A stretch of DNA of 64,000 bases, from NCBI GenBank assembly GCA_963721685.1, contig CAVRJJ010000002.1:8848-72847 (forward strand). The letters are read 5' to 3'. Under the pieces are notes generated by a model. It was not told the origin of the DNA. It saw only the letters and a program-made list of their open reading frames with translations, and searched no databases. Source of the stretch: an uncultured bacterium. GTDB lineage: Bacteria > Patescibacteriota > Saccharimonadia > UBA4664 > SCTI01. The position numbers and the translations under genes are program-made. Shown piece after piece: positions 1 through 16,034 of the stretch (position 1 is its first letter; each line of letters starts with the position of its first letter).

Positions 1-83
1 GTTCACTTGCGGTACTACTCCTTATCCTAAGGTGGAGAATGATACGAGGGACCCGGTAATTTCTGCGCGCAACACCAGGGAAA

Positions 84-401
84 TTGCCAAGACGGCGCTT
101 GGGCGCCGAGAAAACGGTTATGGTTGAACACTATAATGATACAGCCTCAGCGATTGCATATTGCCAAAGTCAAAATTGGATAATTATTGGGCTCGAGCAG
201 ACTCCCGATGCCCAAAATATCTTAACGCTCGCTCCCCCGCCCCGCCCCATAGCACTTATTGTTGGCAACGAAGTGGATGGCCTCAGCGCCGATACAATCG
301 CGGCCTGCGACATTGTGGCTGAGATGCCCCAGCGCGGGAGCAAAGAATCGCTGAACGTTAGTGTTGCCACCGGCGTTGCATTATATACACTACTGTTTTA
401 A
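84..401 (+). CDS. SpoU/TrmH-family RNA 2'-O-methyltransferase, C-terminal portion (N-terminal part truncated by window edge or frameshifted)
   Basis: The ORF ends with a SpoU motif II/III-like block (LIVGNEVDGLSADTIAACDIVAEMPQRGSKESLNVSVATGVALY). It is only 105 aa. An in-frame stop lies at ~57, and a neighbouring frame upstream (…ARNTREIAKTALGA…) looks like the missing motif I, which suggests a frameshift near 95-115. Confidence 0.5.
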   Translation: MPRRRLGAEKTVMVEHYNDTASAIAYCQSQNWIIIGLEQTPDAQNILTLAPPPRPIALIVGNEVDGLSADTIAACDIVAEMPQRGSKESLNVSVATGVALYTLLF

Positions 402-1020
402 ATGATAATTTTGATAATTGCGGTCTGAGAGGGGCCGCCGCGCGAACGCGGCAGCCCCTTGACTGTCCGTCGCAGGCTGCTTGAGTCCTGGCTAAGACGA
501 CACGACACATGAAGATCGGCAGCGAATGCCAGAGTGAAGAGCGCTGGGCCTGCATGTGACCGCCACCACGGCCGAAACGCCGCACTTGCGAGCGCTGATT
601 CCTTCCGTTGTGCTTATTTAGCCCCCTTCTAGGCCTCGCCCGCCGAGTCGGAACTCCATGGTTGCATCCGCCGTAGAAGTCGATGCCCCGGGCCAGCTCC
701 CAGGCCGCCTCCATGGACTTCGAGCGTCTCTCGGTGTGGTTCCGGCACTCCGATGCGTGTACCCGAGATGAACTCGTCGGGTTAGCGACTGCCGGCCTCG
801 TGCTCGAGCATGAGCCTGACCAGGAAAAGACAGCCAGTAGGCGTCATCCTGATCGTTCAGTCGCTGAGATCCTCGAAGTCACGCGATTAGCACACAGGCA
901 TCCCAGCAGCGAGCTTCAACGCTGATCTCTGGAACCTCGATGACCCCTTCTTCTGTTGAGTTGCTCCCACGTTTCCTCCCTTGAGGCGTTGACGAAGTGA
1001 GTAAACTTTAGCGGATTGAT

Positions 1021-1067
1021 AATTGCCTGTCAAACGCAAAGAGACGCTCTTTTCAGGGCGTCTCTTT
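1021..1067 (-). terminator. Hairpin downstream of the 5S rRNA; candidate terminator of the 23S-5S transcription unit
   Basis: Perfect 10-bp inverted repeat aaagagacgc / gcgtctcttt (1038-1047 / 1058-1067) with a 10-nt loop. On the minus strand it is followed by GCGUUUG, a modest U tract. Confidence 0.35.
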
Positions 1068-1071
1068 GATA

Positions 1072-1190
1072 ATCCGGCACTGTGCTACTTTCCCGCTAAT
1101 GCAGTATCATCGCCGCAGGTGAGCTTAACTTCGGTGTTCGGGATGGGAACCGGTGTGACCTCACCGCTGAAAGCACCGGGTAATGGCTTA
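1072..1190 (-). rRNA. rrf: 5S ribosomal RNA
   Basis: The reverse complement reads …CCGGUGCUUUCAGCGGUGAGGUCACACCGGUUCCCAUCCCGAACACCGAAGUUAAGCUCACCUGCGGCGAUGAUACUGC…GGGAAAGUAGCACAG. This is the canonical 5S loop C/helix III (CCCAUCCCGAACACCGAAGUUAAGC) with the terminal helix closing. The ends are approximate. Confidence 0.8.
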
Positions 1191-1381
1191 AAAGCGTGAA
1201 TACTGTTTTCAACTGCCTACTATGCATTCTGATCTGTGATCAGACGATATGTGTAGGCAAGAAAACACGTATGAACGCATTTACTTCACTACCCGAAGCT
1301 TTTTAAAGCTTTCGGATAAATTTTTGGGTACATGGCTCTTTTATAAGCCACAAATCGCTAGTCAAATCACGTAGTAAAAAA

Positions 1382-4757
<3,376 letters not shown>

Positions 4758-5201
4758 TTTTACGTTGAATTGACTCCACGCAGCCCCATATGGGTGCGCT
4801 TCGTCGGTTTGACTAGCGATTTGTGGTTACAAAAGTAACTTCTAAATCGCTTGGTTTATTTGCATTACCCTCGATGATATCTTGAAGCAGATACCATCGA
4901 TATTCAATTTTCAAAAAACAACTCCGCCGTTTCTTACTTGGCGGAGCCCACATTCTTATAAACAATCAGATAGTGTAGGTTCTAGAACGAGCCTCCGTTA
5001 TAGCTGGTTGATTGTTTACACATATGTGAGCTCTCACTTAAAGTCTGTAGCTACTTTAGCAGGTTTAATAGGTGTGTGTAAAGAGGTTTTTTAACAGGAG
5101 CTTAAGCGGCTTCGCGGCACTTATTTAGTCGTCATTCTTGAATAGTGGATATACCAATACCGGAAGACCGCTATATAATGAAAGAAAACGGAGGATATAG
5201 T

Positions 5202-7200
<1,999 letters not shown>

Positions 7201-7790
7201 AGCTTGATCAGCCGCTCTGAGAATGTGTGTGGGGCGATTGGCTACCCCTAGATTCAGGGCCCACACAGCTCAGATGCGAGGTTCGACATCGGAGGATGTT
7301 GATGTCTCAGGCAGTTTCCTGCCTGGCGCGTGATTCAACCGCGACTTATGCAACGTGACAACCATCCATCTGGTACATTGGCGTCACGAAGACGAAGAAG
7401 CCGGCGACCCGACCAGGTTGATCTAGAGCCACCCCTACTTGACCGTTCGCGACCGGTCAGGTGCACATAGGGAGCGCTCTCCTGGCCGGACCGCCGTTTG
7501 CCATGACATGGTAGCCGCCGAGTAACCACGTCACAGCTCCGGATTAGCGCGAGAGCGAGGACACGCGCGTTCCGGAACCTCTATGGGGGCGTTCTCCCCT
7601 TGTGTGGCAGAGCACGGGGAGAGGCGTACCTCACCCATGAGAGGTACCTCTAGGGCATCTGGCGGTGGAGGGATGCCCGAGGTTCATTCATTATTTGCCG
7701 GTTTCAACGCTTTGTCAATCAAGTTTCGGTTGCTAGCCCGCTTCATTTCTGATTAAATTACTACGTTACCAATCTGATAGTTAACAACAA

Positions 7791-7867
7791 GGGCGATTAG
7801 CTCAGCTGGTTAGAGCGCGTCACTGATAATGACGAGGTCCCAGGTTCAAGTCCTGGATCGCCCACCA
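7791..7867 (+). tRNA. tRNA-Ile (anticodon GAT)
   Basis: GGGCGAT-TA-GCTC-AGCTGGTTA-GAGC-G-CGTCA-CTGATAA-TGACG-AGGTC-CCAGG-TTCAAGT-CCTGG-ATCGCCC-A-CCA. All four stems pair, the anticodon loop is CU-GAU-AA, and CCA is encoded. Confidence 0.93.
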
Positions 7868-7897
7868 TCTGCCAGGTTTGCCGCTGGCCTTTTTTAT

Positions 7898-7974
7898 GGG
7901 GATGTAGCTCAGCTGGTTAGAGCACCTGCTTTGCAAGCAGGGGGTCAGGAGTTCGAATCTCCTCATCTCCACCA
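7898..7974 (+). tRNA. tRNA-Ala (anticodon TGC)
   Basis: GGGGATG-TA-GCTC-AGCTGGTTA-GAGC-A-CCTGC-TTTGCAA-GCAGG-GGGTC-AGGAG-TTCGAAT-CTCCT-CATCTCC-A-CCA. The G3:U70 alanine identity pair is present and CCA is encoded. Confidence 0.93.
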
Positions 7975-8008
7975 GGAATTATACCCGTTTATTTGGTACA
8001 ATAAGCTT

Positions 8009-8281
8009 ATGAGTTTTGAGCATTTTGTAATTGGCAGTTTGCTTGTAGTATTTGGGTTCCTTGCCCTTAAATACAACTTTCAACTTGTTAATTTAACGGG
8101 TAATGTCGGCTTTGTTGAGCAGTGGCTTGGCGCTGGTTCAACCTATGGATTTTTCAAGCTACTCTCCATAATAATTTGTATCGTCGGTTTCTTATATATG
8201 TTTGGGCTATCCAATGCGGTATTTGGTTGGTTATTATCCCCCCTCGCCCAGTTCTTTCCCAAGGGGAACAACGGCCTGTAA
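8009..8281 (+). CDS. Small hydrophobic membrane protein (2-3 TM helices), hypothetical
   Basis: The ORF track's 7829..8281 frame begins inside tRNA-Ile, so the first plausible start is the ATG at 8009 (MSFEHFVIGSLLVVFGFLALK…). Its stop overlaps the next gene's ATG (TAATG). Confidence 0.4.
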   Translation: MSFEHFVIGSLLVVFGFLALKYNFQLVNLTGNVGFVEQWLGAGSTYGFFKLLSIIICIVGFLYMFGLSNAVFGWLLSPLAQFFPKGNNGL

Positions 8282-8871
8282 TGCAAATCGAGCAGCTCAT
8301 TGCCTACTGCCGGCTGTTAACCCAGTTTCAACAGGTAGAACGCCAGATGTTAGTACCGTCCGGCGAGCGCAACGAAAACGACGTGGAGCATAGTTACCTT
8401 CTGGCGATGACCGGCTGGTACATTGCCACCACCGCCAAACTGGACCTACGGCACGATCTCTTAATTAAATACGCCCTGGTGCACGATCTAGTAGAAGTGT
8501 ACGCTGGCGACACCTACTTTCATGACCCAATTAAAACCGCCAATAAGTCTACCCGCGAAGAAGCGGCCCTTGATGCTCTAAAGCAAAATTACCCTGACTT
8601 CAAAGAACTACACCGTCTCATTAGGCGCTACGAGCAACGCGCCGACGCCGAAAGCCGTTTCATTTACGCGCTGGACAAGCTCTTGCCGGTAATCACCATT
8701 TACCTGGATGGCGGCCGCTCCTGGCACCGTGATAAAATCAGCCTCGAGGTGTTACAGTCATATAAGGTAGAAAAGGTCGCGGCTTCTGCCATTATCGCCG
8801 ACTTATGGCAGCAGTTATCGGCAAAGCTGGTTGAGCAGCCCAAGCTATTCCCACCGGGAACAAAGGTTTAA
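8281..8871 (+). CDS. HD-domain metal-dependent phosphohydrolase (YfbR-like 5'-nucleotidase family)
   Basis: An H…HD motif is present (NDVEHSYLLAMTGW…LVHDLVEVYAGDTYFHD) together with a later conserved Asp (YALDKL). The start is the ATG at 8281, overlapping the upstream stop. Confidence 0.65.
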   Translation: MQIEQLIAYCRLLTQFQQVERQMLVPSGERNENDVEHSYLLAMTGWYIATTAKLDLRHDLLIKYALVHDLVEVYAGDTYFHDPIKTANKSTREEAALDALKQNYPDFKELHRLIRRYEQRADAESRFIYALDKLLPVITIYLDGGRSWHRDKISLEVLQSYKVEKVAASAIIADLWQQLSAKLVEQPKLFPPGTKV

Positions 8872-8877
8872 CCCGAA

Positions 8878-9420
8878 ATGAAGAAACCATCTAAAATCTA
8901 TGTAGTCGGTATTGCCGGAAGCGGCAAAACCACCCTGGCGCGCAAACTTACCAACGATCTTGGCTATCCTCACTTAGACTTGGATAAGGTCCGGTATCCA
9001 CGCTTTGAAACGACGCCTGATGACTCTAAGCTGAAGCCGGCGCTGGAAAACCTGTTGAAGCAACCAACCTGGATCGCCGAAGGCGCTTACACCACTTGGA
9101 GCGCCCCCTTATTGCAGGCAGCTGATGTCATCATCTGGCTGGATGGTAATCCTATCATTGCAGCCTACCGTATTATGAAGCGGCATATTATTAAGCTTTT
9201 GCACGGCCAAAAACACTTTTCCAACCGCAGCACGTTAAAGTTAGCCTGGGCTGCGCTCAATTCCCATCGCACCGGCCCGATTGTGCGAAAAATTGGCGCC
9301 CGACCCACCCATATCCCCTGGCAGCGTGAGATTGAAGAGGGCTTGGCACCTTATAAAGAAAAAGTTTTGCGAATGGACTCGTTAAAAGCGGCCGATAAGA
9401 TGGTTTTTGATAAAGGATAG
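8878..9420 (+). CDS. P-loop NTPase/small kinase (adenylate-kinase-like AAA fold)
   Basis: Walker A at the N-terminus (VVGIAGSGKTTLARKL) and a Walker B-like hhhhD (ADVIIWLDG). About 180 aa. Confidence 0.55.
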   Translation: MKKPSKIYVVGIAGSGKTTLARKLTNDLGYPHLDLDKVRYPRFETTPDDSKLKPALENLLKQPTWIAEGAYTTWSAPLLQAADVIIWLDGNPIIAAYRIMKRHIIKLLHGQKHFSNRSTLKLAWAALNSHRTGPIVRKIGARPTHIPWQREIEEGLAPYKEKVLRMDSLKAADKMVFDKG

Positions 9421-9424
9421 ACAG

Positions 9425-9901
9425 CTACCGCTGTCCCAGTGACAGATCGATGGTATAGACTGGGGATTTTTCAAGTAATCCTTTTTGTTCGGTGGGAAAG
9501 CTTGTGCCTGCGACCTCTCCAAACATGTAGCCGACGCTAAATTTATCGGAACTATACGTAAAATCGTAAAAAACATACTTACCTTCCGAGCTAGAACCAT
9601 TTTTTGAGTAATCCGTTTGCTCTTTATATCCCCGTTTTGAAAGACCGTTAATGATAAAATCATGAGCCTGCGCACCTGTCGTCTGACAGCTATATCTTAC
9701 ATACCAAAGCCTCTCAACCAACATTGCGCTTTGATAATGGCGGTTTTTTTCGATGCAATTTGGCGGGATTGGCAAATTAATTAATTCATTTGTTAAAGCT
9801 TTTTTGGTTTGTTTGTCTTGGTATATTCCATGCAAAATTATCACAACAAAGATAGTAATGAGAACAGCGAACGCTGATAAAATATCCTTAGCTACTTTCA
9901 T
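9425..9901 (-). CDS. Hypothetical membrane-anchored protein (N-terminal TM, extracytoplasmic domain)
   Basis: An N-terminal hydrophobic helix (ILSAFAVLITIFVVIILHGI) followed by a Tyr/Ser-rich domain. No recognisable motif. Confidence 0.45.
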   Translation of the reverse strand: MKVAKDILSAFAVLITIFVVIILHGIYQDKQTKKALTNELINLPIPPNCIEKNRHYQSAMLVERLWYVRYSCQTTGAQAHDFIINGLSKRGYKEQTDYSKNGSSSEGKYVFYDFTYSSDKFSVGYMFGEVAGTSFPTEQKGLLEKSPVYTIDLSLGQR

Positions 9902-9934
9902 AAACTGAAGTATACCACCTCAACCGTTTCCACT

Positions 9935-9962
9935 AAAAAACCGCCCATTTCAGGCGGCGTTT
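9935..9962 (-). terminator. Candidate rho-independent terminator downstream of the 16S rRNA
   Basis: The minus strand reads aaaacgCCGCCtgaaatgGGCGGtttttt: a 5-bp GC stem followed by six U residues, ~165 nt downstream of the 16S 3' end. This supports the 16S being a stand-alone transcription unit. Confidence 0.45.
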
Positions 9963-10124
9963 TAGTATTGAAATCTTGGTAGTGCAGTGTAGAGCCATAC
10001 ATCTTCGACCTAGAAGTACCGCAGCTGATTCACGCGAGCACTTGCAGCAAGCTACAAAGCTCTAACGTGACCAGTCTGGCCATAGGTCAACGCCTATGGA
10101 ACGTGTTACCACGTCGTTCTCCCT

Positions 10125-11730
<1,606 letters not shown>

Positions 11731-11940
11731 AAGATGGAATGGAAGTTCCATCTGTAAAGTTTGAACTGGTGATCAAGTAGGGATTTCTGCCCGAAGGCTT
11801 ACGTCCCAACGTTGACGTTCTTAGTCTTTATAGTGCAAAACCGAAGTTCCACACTTTCATTTTCTCAAAGTAAATGATGGTTACACTGCACTACCAAAAT
11901 TTCAACGTCCACTCTCGAAAATCTCCCAGAAAAAAATAGC

Positions 11941-11967
11941 CGACCAGTGCGGGTCGCTATTTATAGG
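11941..11967 (-). terminator. Candidate terminator after the DUF212 gene, also lying in the 16S upstream region
   Basis: The minus strand reads aGCGACCcgcactGGTCGgcTATTTTTTTCTGG: a short GC stem followed by a U7 tract. Confidence 0.4.
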
Positions 11968-12071
11968 TGACCGGGAAGTTTTTCAAGACTAATAGGAAGT
12001 ATACAGACTGAGAAATTGGGTGTCAACAACTGATGTGAAAAATGAAAAATACCGACACCTGGTAAAAGCTT

Positions 12072-12932
12072 TTACTTTCGCTTCTTAGCTCGGGCCGCTT
12101 TGGCGCGGCGTTTTTTGTTAGGGCCAGGAAGCCAACGCTTCTTCTGGTTTTCTAACTGATGTGCAGCCAAGGCGGGTGGCAGTGAGCTGTAGTAGGTACG
12201 CGCGAGCAATAAGGCGGCTACTACAAAAAGAGCTGCTACAGCTGCGGGCCACACCACCCATAAAGCGGCTGGGACCTTTTCATACTGTAAAAACGCCAGG
12301 AGAATGCATATAAAGCCAAAGCTCCCGAACGCGGTAGAAATACGGCGGGTGGCGCTTAAAGCAATCGCCACGTCCTTGTACGGACGAAGGAGCCACCAGC
12401 GCACCATTGCGCCCAGGAGGATGAGGAAAGCCCCGACGCCGGCTAGGCCATAAACATATGGCAAAGGAACGGGCCAGGTGGCCGCTTGGGTAAACGCGTC
12501 CATCTTATCGTAATTAAATAGGCACCCGAGTACCAGACCCATCAAAGCCCCGGTAAACACTTCAAGCGGCTTGTGACCCAGAATTTCTCGCAAGTGGGTT
12601 GGGGCGGGAAGCCGGTCGTCATGCTTCATACGGTCTATCAAGGCATTTATAGCCACCGCTTGCTCCCCCGCTGCCCGGCGCACCCCAAAGGCGTCATACA
12701 TTACGATGGCGGCGAGAATGACAGTGACCCCGAACACCGGTGAACCCACCCCTTCTACCAACGCGGCCGTAACCGCCAAAGATGTTACCACGGCAGCGTG
12801 AACGCTAGGCATACCCCCCGAGGCATACAGGTATTTGAAATCGACCTTACCCTTAAAGGCAGCTACCACGAATTTCGTAAACTGGGTGATGAGCCAAACC
12901 ACCAGCGGGACTACCACAAAACGGTTGAACAT
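12072..12932 (-). CDS. Divergent PAP2/acid-phosphatase-related membrane protein (DUF212, YuiD-like) fused to an extra C-terminal TM region with a Lys/Arg-rich tail
   Basis: The N-terminal ~150 aa resemble DUF212 (…KFVVAAFKGKVDFKYLYASGGMPSVHAAVVTSLAVT…IVMYDAFGVRRAAGEQA…). They are followed by ~130 aa of additional hydrophobic helices ending in KKRRAKAARAKKRK. Confidence 0.55.
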   Translation of the reverse strand: MFNRFVVVPLVVWLITQFTKFVVAAFKGKVDFKYLYASGGMPSVHAAVVTSLAVTAALVEGVGSPVFGVTVILAAIVMYDAFGVRRAAGEQAVAINALIDRMKHDDRLPAPTHLREILGHKPLEVFTGALMGLVLGCLFNYDKMDAFTQAATWPVPLPYVYGLAGVGAFLILLGAMVRWWLLRPYKDVAIALSATRRISTAFGSFGFICILLAFLQYEKVPAALWVVWPAAVAALFVVAALLLARTYYSSLPPALAAHQLENQKKRWLPGPNKKRRAKAARAKKRK

Positions 12933-13003
12933 ATACGCTATATCCTCTTTTGTGCCTTATTGTAGCCTAAACAGCGATATTAGGATAGGCATGCAGCGGC
13001 TTG

Positions 13004-15256
13004 TTAACGGTGTACCGTTTTTAGTTTGCGGTCGAGGCTTAAGGCTCCGCCGGCGAGCAGCATCATGAAGGCGGCCAAGACAATCAACAGGCCGGTTGTG
13101 CGGGTGCTGGCCGCGGCAGCCTCCTGGCTATGGATCGCTGCCTGGACCGCGTTAGGCAACGACTGGACATTCGCGCTGACATTAGCCGGCCCTAACGATG
13201 CAGTATCAATTGTCTGAGACGCGACTGGGCCGCTGCCCATAGAGGATGCAGCGTCATTGCCTAGGCTGGCTGCCAAACTGCCGCCGCCTACACCCAAAGG
13301 AGCCAGCTGTTGCGGTGAAACCAAGATGGTTCCGGCGGCGGTATCAACACCGGCACTCCCGTTCCATGTCCCAAAGACATTAATAAAGAGGATCCCGAAA
13401 ACCTTGCCAAAATGCAGCGTGCTGTTGAAAATGTTTGCAATACTGCTAGCAACCGTGGCGTTCCCGGATTTGGCGTCACCAGCCGTCGTGTTATTGGCAA
13501 CAGTCGCGTCTCCGCTGGTAGCGGTAATGTTAACGTTGTTCGTAATTGTGCCGTCAACATTATTGTCTATTTCAGCACTATTGCTATTACTTACCGATGC
13601 CTGGTTGTTCGAACCGGGACCCGTCGTATTATTCTGTACGACCGCGTTTGAAGTTAATAAGCCGCCTCCCGATTCACCGGACCCGCCAAGGTTCATGATG
13701 GTACCAAACCAGCGGCCCATATTATTAACGATAACCAAGACGGCGTTTTCTCCGAAGATATTGGTGTTAAAGAGGTTGAATAGGCTGGTGTGGGTTTTGG
13801 CTTCACCGGTCGTCGCGCTGCCCGCCTCGGTATTATTGGCTACGGTAGCGCTTCCAGTTGTAGCGGTGGCGTTAATGTTGTTGTTGAATGTGCCGTTCAC
13901 GTTGTTATCAATATCAAGGGTATTGGTATTCGTGTTGGTGGCCGTGTTGATGGAGCCCGGACCAGTGGTGCTATTCCCAACTAAGCCGCCGGGAGAACCC
14001 GGCTCACTGCTGGCTACAACCCCGTTTAAATTCAACCCCGGAAAGAGGATGTCGCCATCAAGGTTACCGAAGATATTAATAATCCCGAAGAAGGATTGTC
14101 CGGCGCCAATCGCGGTGTTTATGAGGTTAATGATATTAAGTTGGGCTAAAGCATCACCACTCATGGCGCTGCCTCCCCGGTTGTTGCCGTTAACAGTAGC
14201 ATCCCCACTGCTGGCATCGATTTGGACATCATTCACAATCGCACCGGTGGTTTGATTATTTACCTGGAGGTCGCGGCTGCAATCATAGTCGGCAATATTC
14301 GTAGAACCCGGACCAGTGTTGGTGTTGGTCGCGACTCCGCCGGAGCACTGGCCGATCTGCCCGCCCCCGCCGTTGGCCGGCTGAATGGTGATGGCAATAT
14401 CCCCGGTATGGTTTCCATAGATATTTTCAATAAAGTAGGACAGGCCGCCGCTCCCAAACGACCACATGGCGTTCAAAATATTTAACAGATTAGTAACAAT
14501 CGTGGCTAGGCCGGTGCGAGCATCCCCGGCATTGGTATTGTTGGCTACGCCGGCATCACCGCTTGAAGCATTTGAGCTAATATCGTTGTAAATTCCACTA
14601 TTTGTCAGGAGTGTTGCCAAGACGCTTTCGCTATCGGTAACGGTGCCTACATTCGTACTGCCAGGACCGGTATTACTGTTTTCTGGGTCTGTCACGCCCA
14701 GGATCCGGTTCATTAAGGCTGAGGGATCCTTGCTTCCGGCAGTCAAAGCATTTATCGAGTCGCTGGGGGTTACCCCGGGAATCACATGCCACCAGCCAAC
14801 AACCGGGTCGTAACGGTAAAATGGCGAAACCCAGTTAAGCGCATCCTTGCTCCACTTAAAGGTTGTTATGAGGGTAGGCTCCCATTTGTGGGCAGCGTCG
14901 TTAAAGGCATAATCGGGGGCTTTACCGGTTGGTTGGCCGAGCGCAACCGGGTCGGTTGGACCGGTTACCGGCGCGGGATTAGCAGGTTCGGGAGCGGTAG
15001 GCGGGGTCGGGGCAACCGGTGCCGGTGCAGGGGGAGGGGTGGGAACAGATACCACTCCGGGCTCCGCAGGGGTTTCGGTTGCGGCTGGCGGCTCTTCTTC
15101 CGGAGCCGGACTAACCGTTTGTTCAGTTTGGGTTGGAGTCGCCGAATCATCCTCCGCTGCCTGGGCCGGAACGTAGGGCCCCGCCAAAGCCATGGTTGCT
15201 ACTAATAAAATGGCTAGGAAGCGCTGGATCCGAGATTGGATAGTTGTTAGTTTCAT
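13004..15256 (-). CDS. Secreted 750-aa repeat protein: signal peptide, Pro-rich linker, four ~110-aa 'TGPGS-N … SGDATVANNT.AG.A.SG' repeats, then a C-terminal hydrophobic helix with basic tail
   Basis: - Signal peptide: MKLTT…LLVATMALAGPYVPAQA.
- Pro linker: PAPEEEPPAATETPAEPGVVSVPTPPPAPAPVAPTPPTAPEP.
- Repeats start at NTGPGSTNVG, NTGPGSTNIA, TTGPGSINTA and TTGPGSNNQA. Each is followed by an N/T-rich block, a SGDATV.NNT motif and an FG-rich hydrophobic segment.
- The protein ends …TRTTGLLIVLAAFMMLLAGGALSLDRKLKTVHR. Confidence 0.6.
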   Translation of the reverse strand: MKLTTIQSRIQRFLAILLVATMALAGPYVPAQAAEDDSATPTQTEQTVSPAPEEEPPAATETPAEPGVVSVPTPPPAPAPVAPTPPTAPEPANPAPVTGPTDPVALGQPTGKAPDYAFNDAAHKWEPTLITTFKWSKDALNWVSPFYRYDPVVGWWHVIPGVTPSDSINALTAGSKDPSALMNRILGVTDPENSNTGPGSTNVGTVTDSESVLATLLTNSGIYNDISSNASSGDAGVANNTNAGDARTGLATIVTNLLNILNAMWSFGSGGLSYFIENIYGNHTGDIAITIQPANGGGGQIGQCSGGVATNTNTGPGSTNIADYDCSRDLQVNNQTTGAIVNDVQIDASSGDATVNGNNRGGSAMSGDALAQLNIINLINTAIGAGQSFFGIINIFGNLDGDILFPGLNLNGVVASSEPGSPGGLVGNSTTGPGSINTATNTNTNTLDIDNNVNGTFNNNINATATTGSATVANNTEAGSATTGEAKTHTSLFNLFNTNIFGENAVLVIVNNMGRWFGTIMNLGGSGESGGGLLTSNAVVQNNTTGPGSNNQASVSNSNSAEIDNNVDGTITNNVNITATSGDATVANNTTAGDAKSGNATVASSIANIFNSTLHFGKVFGILFINVFGTWNGSAGVDTAAGTILVSPQQLAPLGVGGGSLAASLGNDAASSMGSGPVASQTIDTASLGPANVSANVQSLPNAVQAAIHSQEAAAASTRTTGLLIVLAAFMMLLAGGALSLDRKLKTVHR

Positions 15257-15418
15257 ATATTCCCCTGTACCTTAGTTAATTGGTTTGCTTTGTAAATTAT
15301 TAACTCATTACCACGATGAGTGCTGGGGAGGGGTTTCCCTCCCGAGGGCCGTGCATAAAAAGCGACGGCAGATTGGGCTGGCATAAACGCGCCAGAAACG
15401 TAGTACCACAGCGGCAAA

Positions 15419-15997
15419 CTAGTTAGTAATGTTAACCGTGCTGCTAGTGCTGTTGGTGTTAGAAACGGAACCGCTGGTGGCTGAACCGCCTGTGGTATTA
15501 CCGGCAACGGTAGCCGCGCCGCTAGCGCCAACTTGGACGTTAGCGTTAGTAACGGTTACAGCGTTCGTGTTAATTTTGGTCAACACGTTGAGGTTGGTGC
15601 TGGTAACAGCATTCAGTGAACCAGGACCGGTGAGGTTGATGCTAGCGGTGTTAGTGCCGCCGCTTCCACCCATTGGGCATCCGCAACCGGAGTTGTTGAC
15701 GCTAACGCTGGTTACAGCCGCGTTGGCGTTATGTACACCGCCGCTAGTGGCTGAACCACCAATGGTGTTGCCGGCAACCGTAGCAGGTCCGCTGGCACCT
15801 AATTGGAAGTTAACGTTACCGACACCAACAATGTTAGTGTTCAGCAAAGTTGCTAAGTTAGAGTTGGTAGAAGTAATGGTGTTAATCGAGCCTGGGCCGG
15901 TGGTACTGATGGTACCGCTATCGGCGGCGGCCACTCCTAAGCCAAGGCCTACTGTGGCCAGGGCGATAGAAGCGTAACGAAGTGTGCGATTACGCAT
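15419..15997 (-). CDS. Small secreted TGPGS-repeat protein (two repeats separated by an N-N-S-G-C-G-C-P motif); the C-terminus may be frameshifted
   Basis: Signal peptide, then ISTTGPGSINTITSTN…ASGPATVAGNTIGGSATSGGV…NNSGCGCPMGGSGG…LTGPGSLNAVTSTN…ASGAATVAGNTTGGSATSG. It is a paralogue of 16524..17192 and of the repeats in 13004..15256. Confidence 0.55.
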   Translation of the reverse strand: MRNRTLRYASIALATVGLGLGVAAADSGTISTTGPGSINTITSTNSNLATLLNTNIVGVGNVNFQLGASGPATVAGNTIGGSATSGGVHNANAAVTSVSVNNSGCGCPMGGSGGTNTASINLTGPGSLNAVTSTNLNVLTKINTNAVTVTNANVQVGASGAATVAGNTTGGSATSGSVSNTNSTSSTVNITN

Positions 15998-16034
15998 AAT
16001 GGTAGATTTCCTTTCTTAAAAGAAACTTGTTAAT

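Noticed and set aside
420-520. Calling the block a plus-strand RNase P RNA on the basis of the 12-nt AGGCUGCUUGAG match.
   Set aside because: A full-length plus-strand rnpB would have to start inside the upstream CDS, and the universally conserved GGAAAGUCC and ACAGAA elements are not found. It is kept only as a low-confidence note.
358-925. Arg-rich ORFs 358-714 (minus) and 683-925 (plus).
   Set aside because: They lie in a GC-rich non-coding block, show extreme Arg/Gly bias and have no RBS. They are treated as non-coding (see the ncRNA candidate finding).
7829-8008. Upstream part of the track ORF 7829..8281.
   Set aside because: It starts inside tRNA-Ile and runs through tRNA-Ala, so the real gene cannot begin before ~8009.
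15253-15531. 92-aa minus-strand ORF overlapping the 3' end of the 192-aa TGPGS gene.
   Set aside because: It is probably an out-of-frame continuation created by an indel rather than an independent gene. It is left unannotated.
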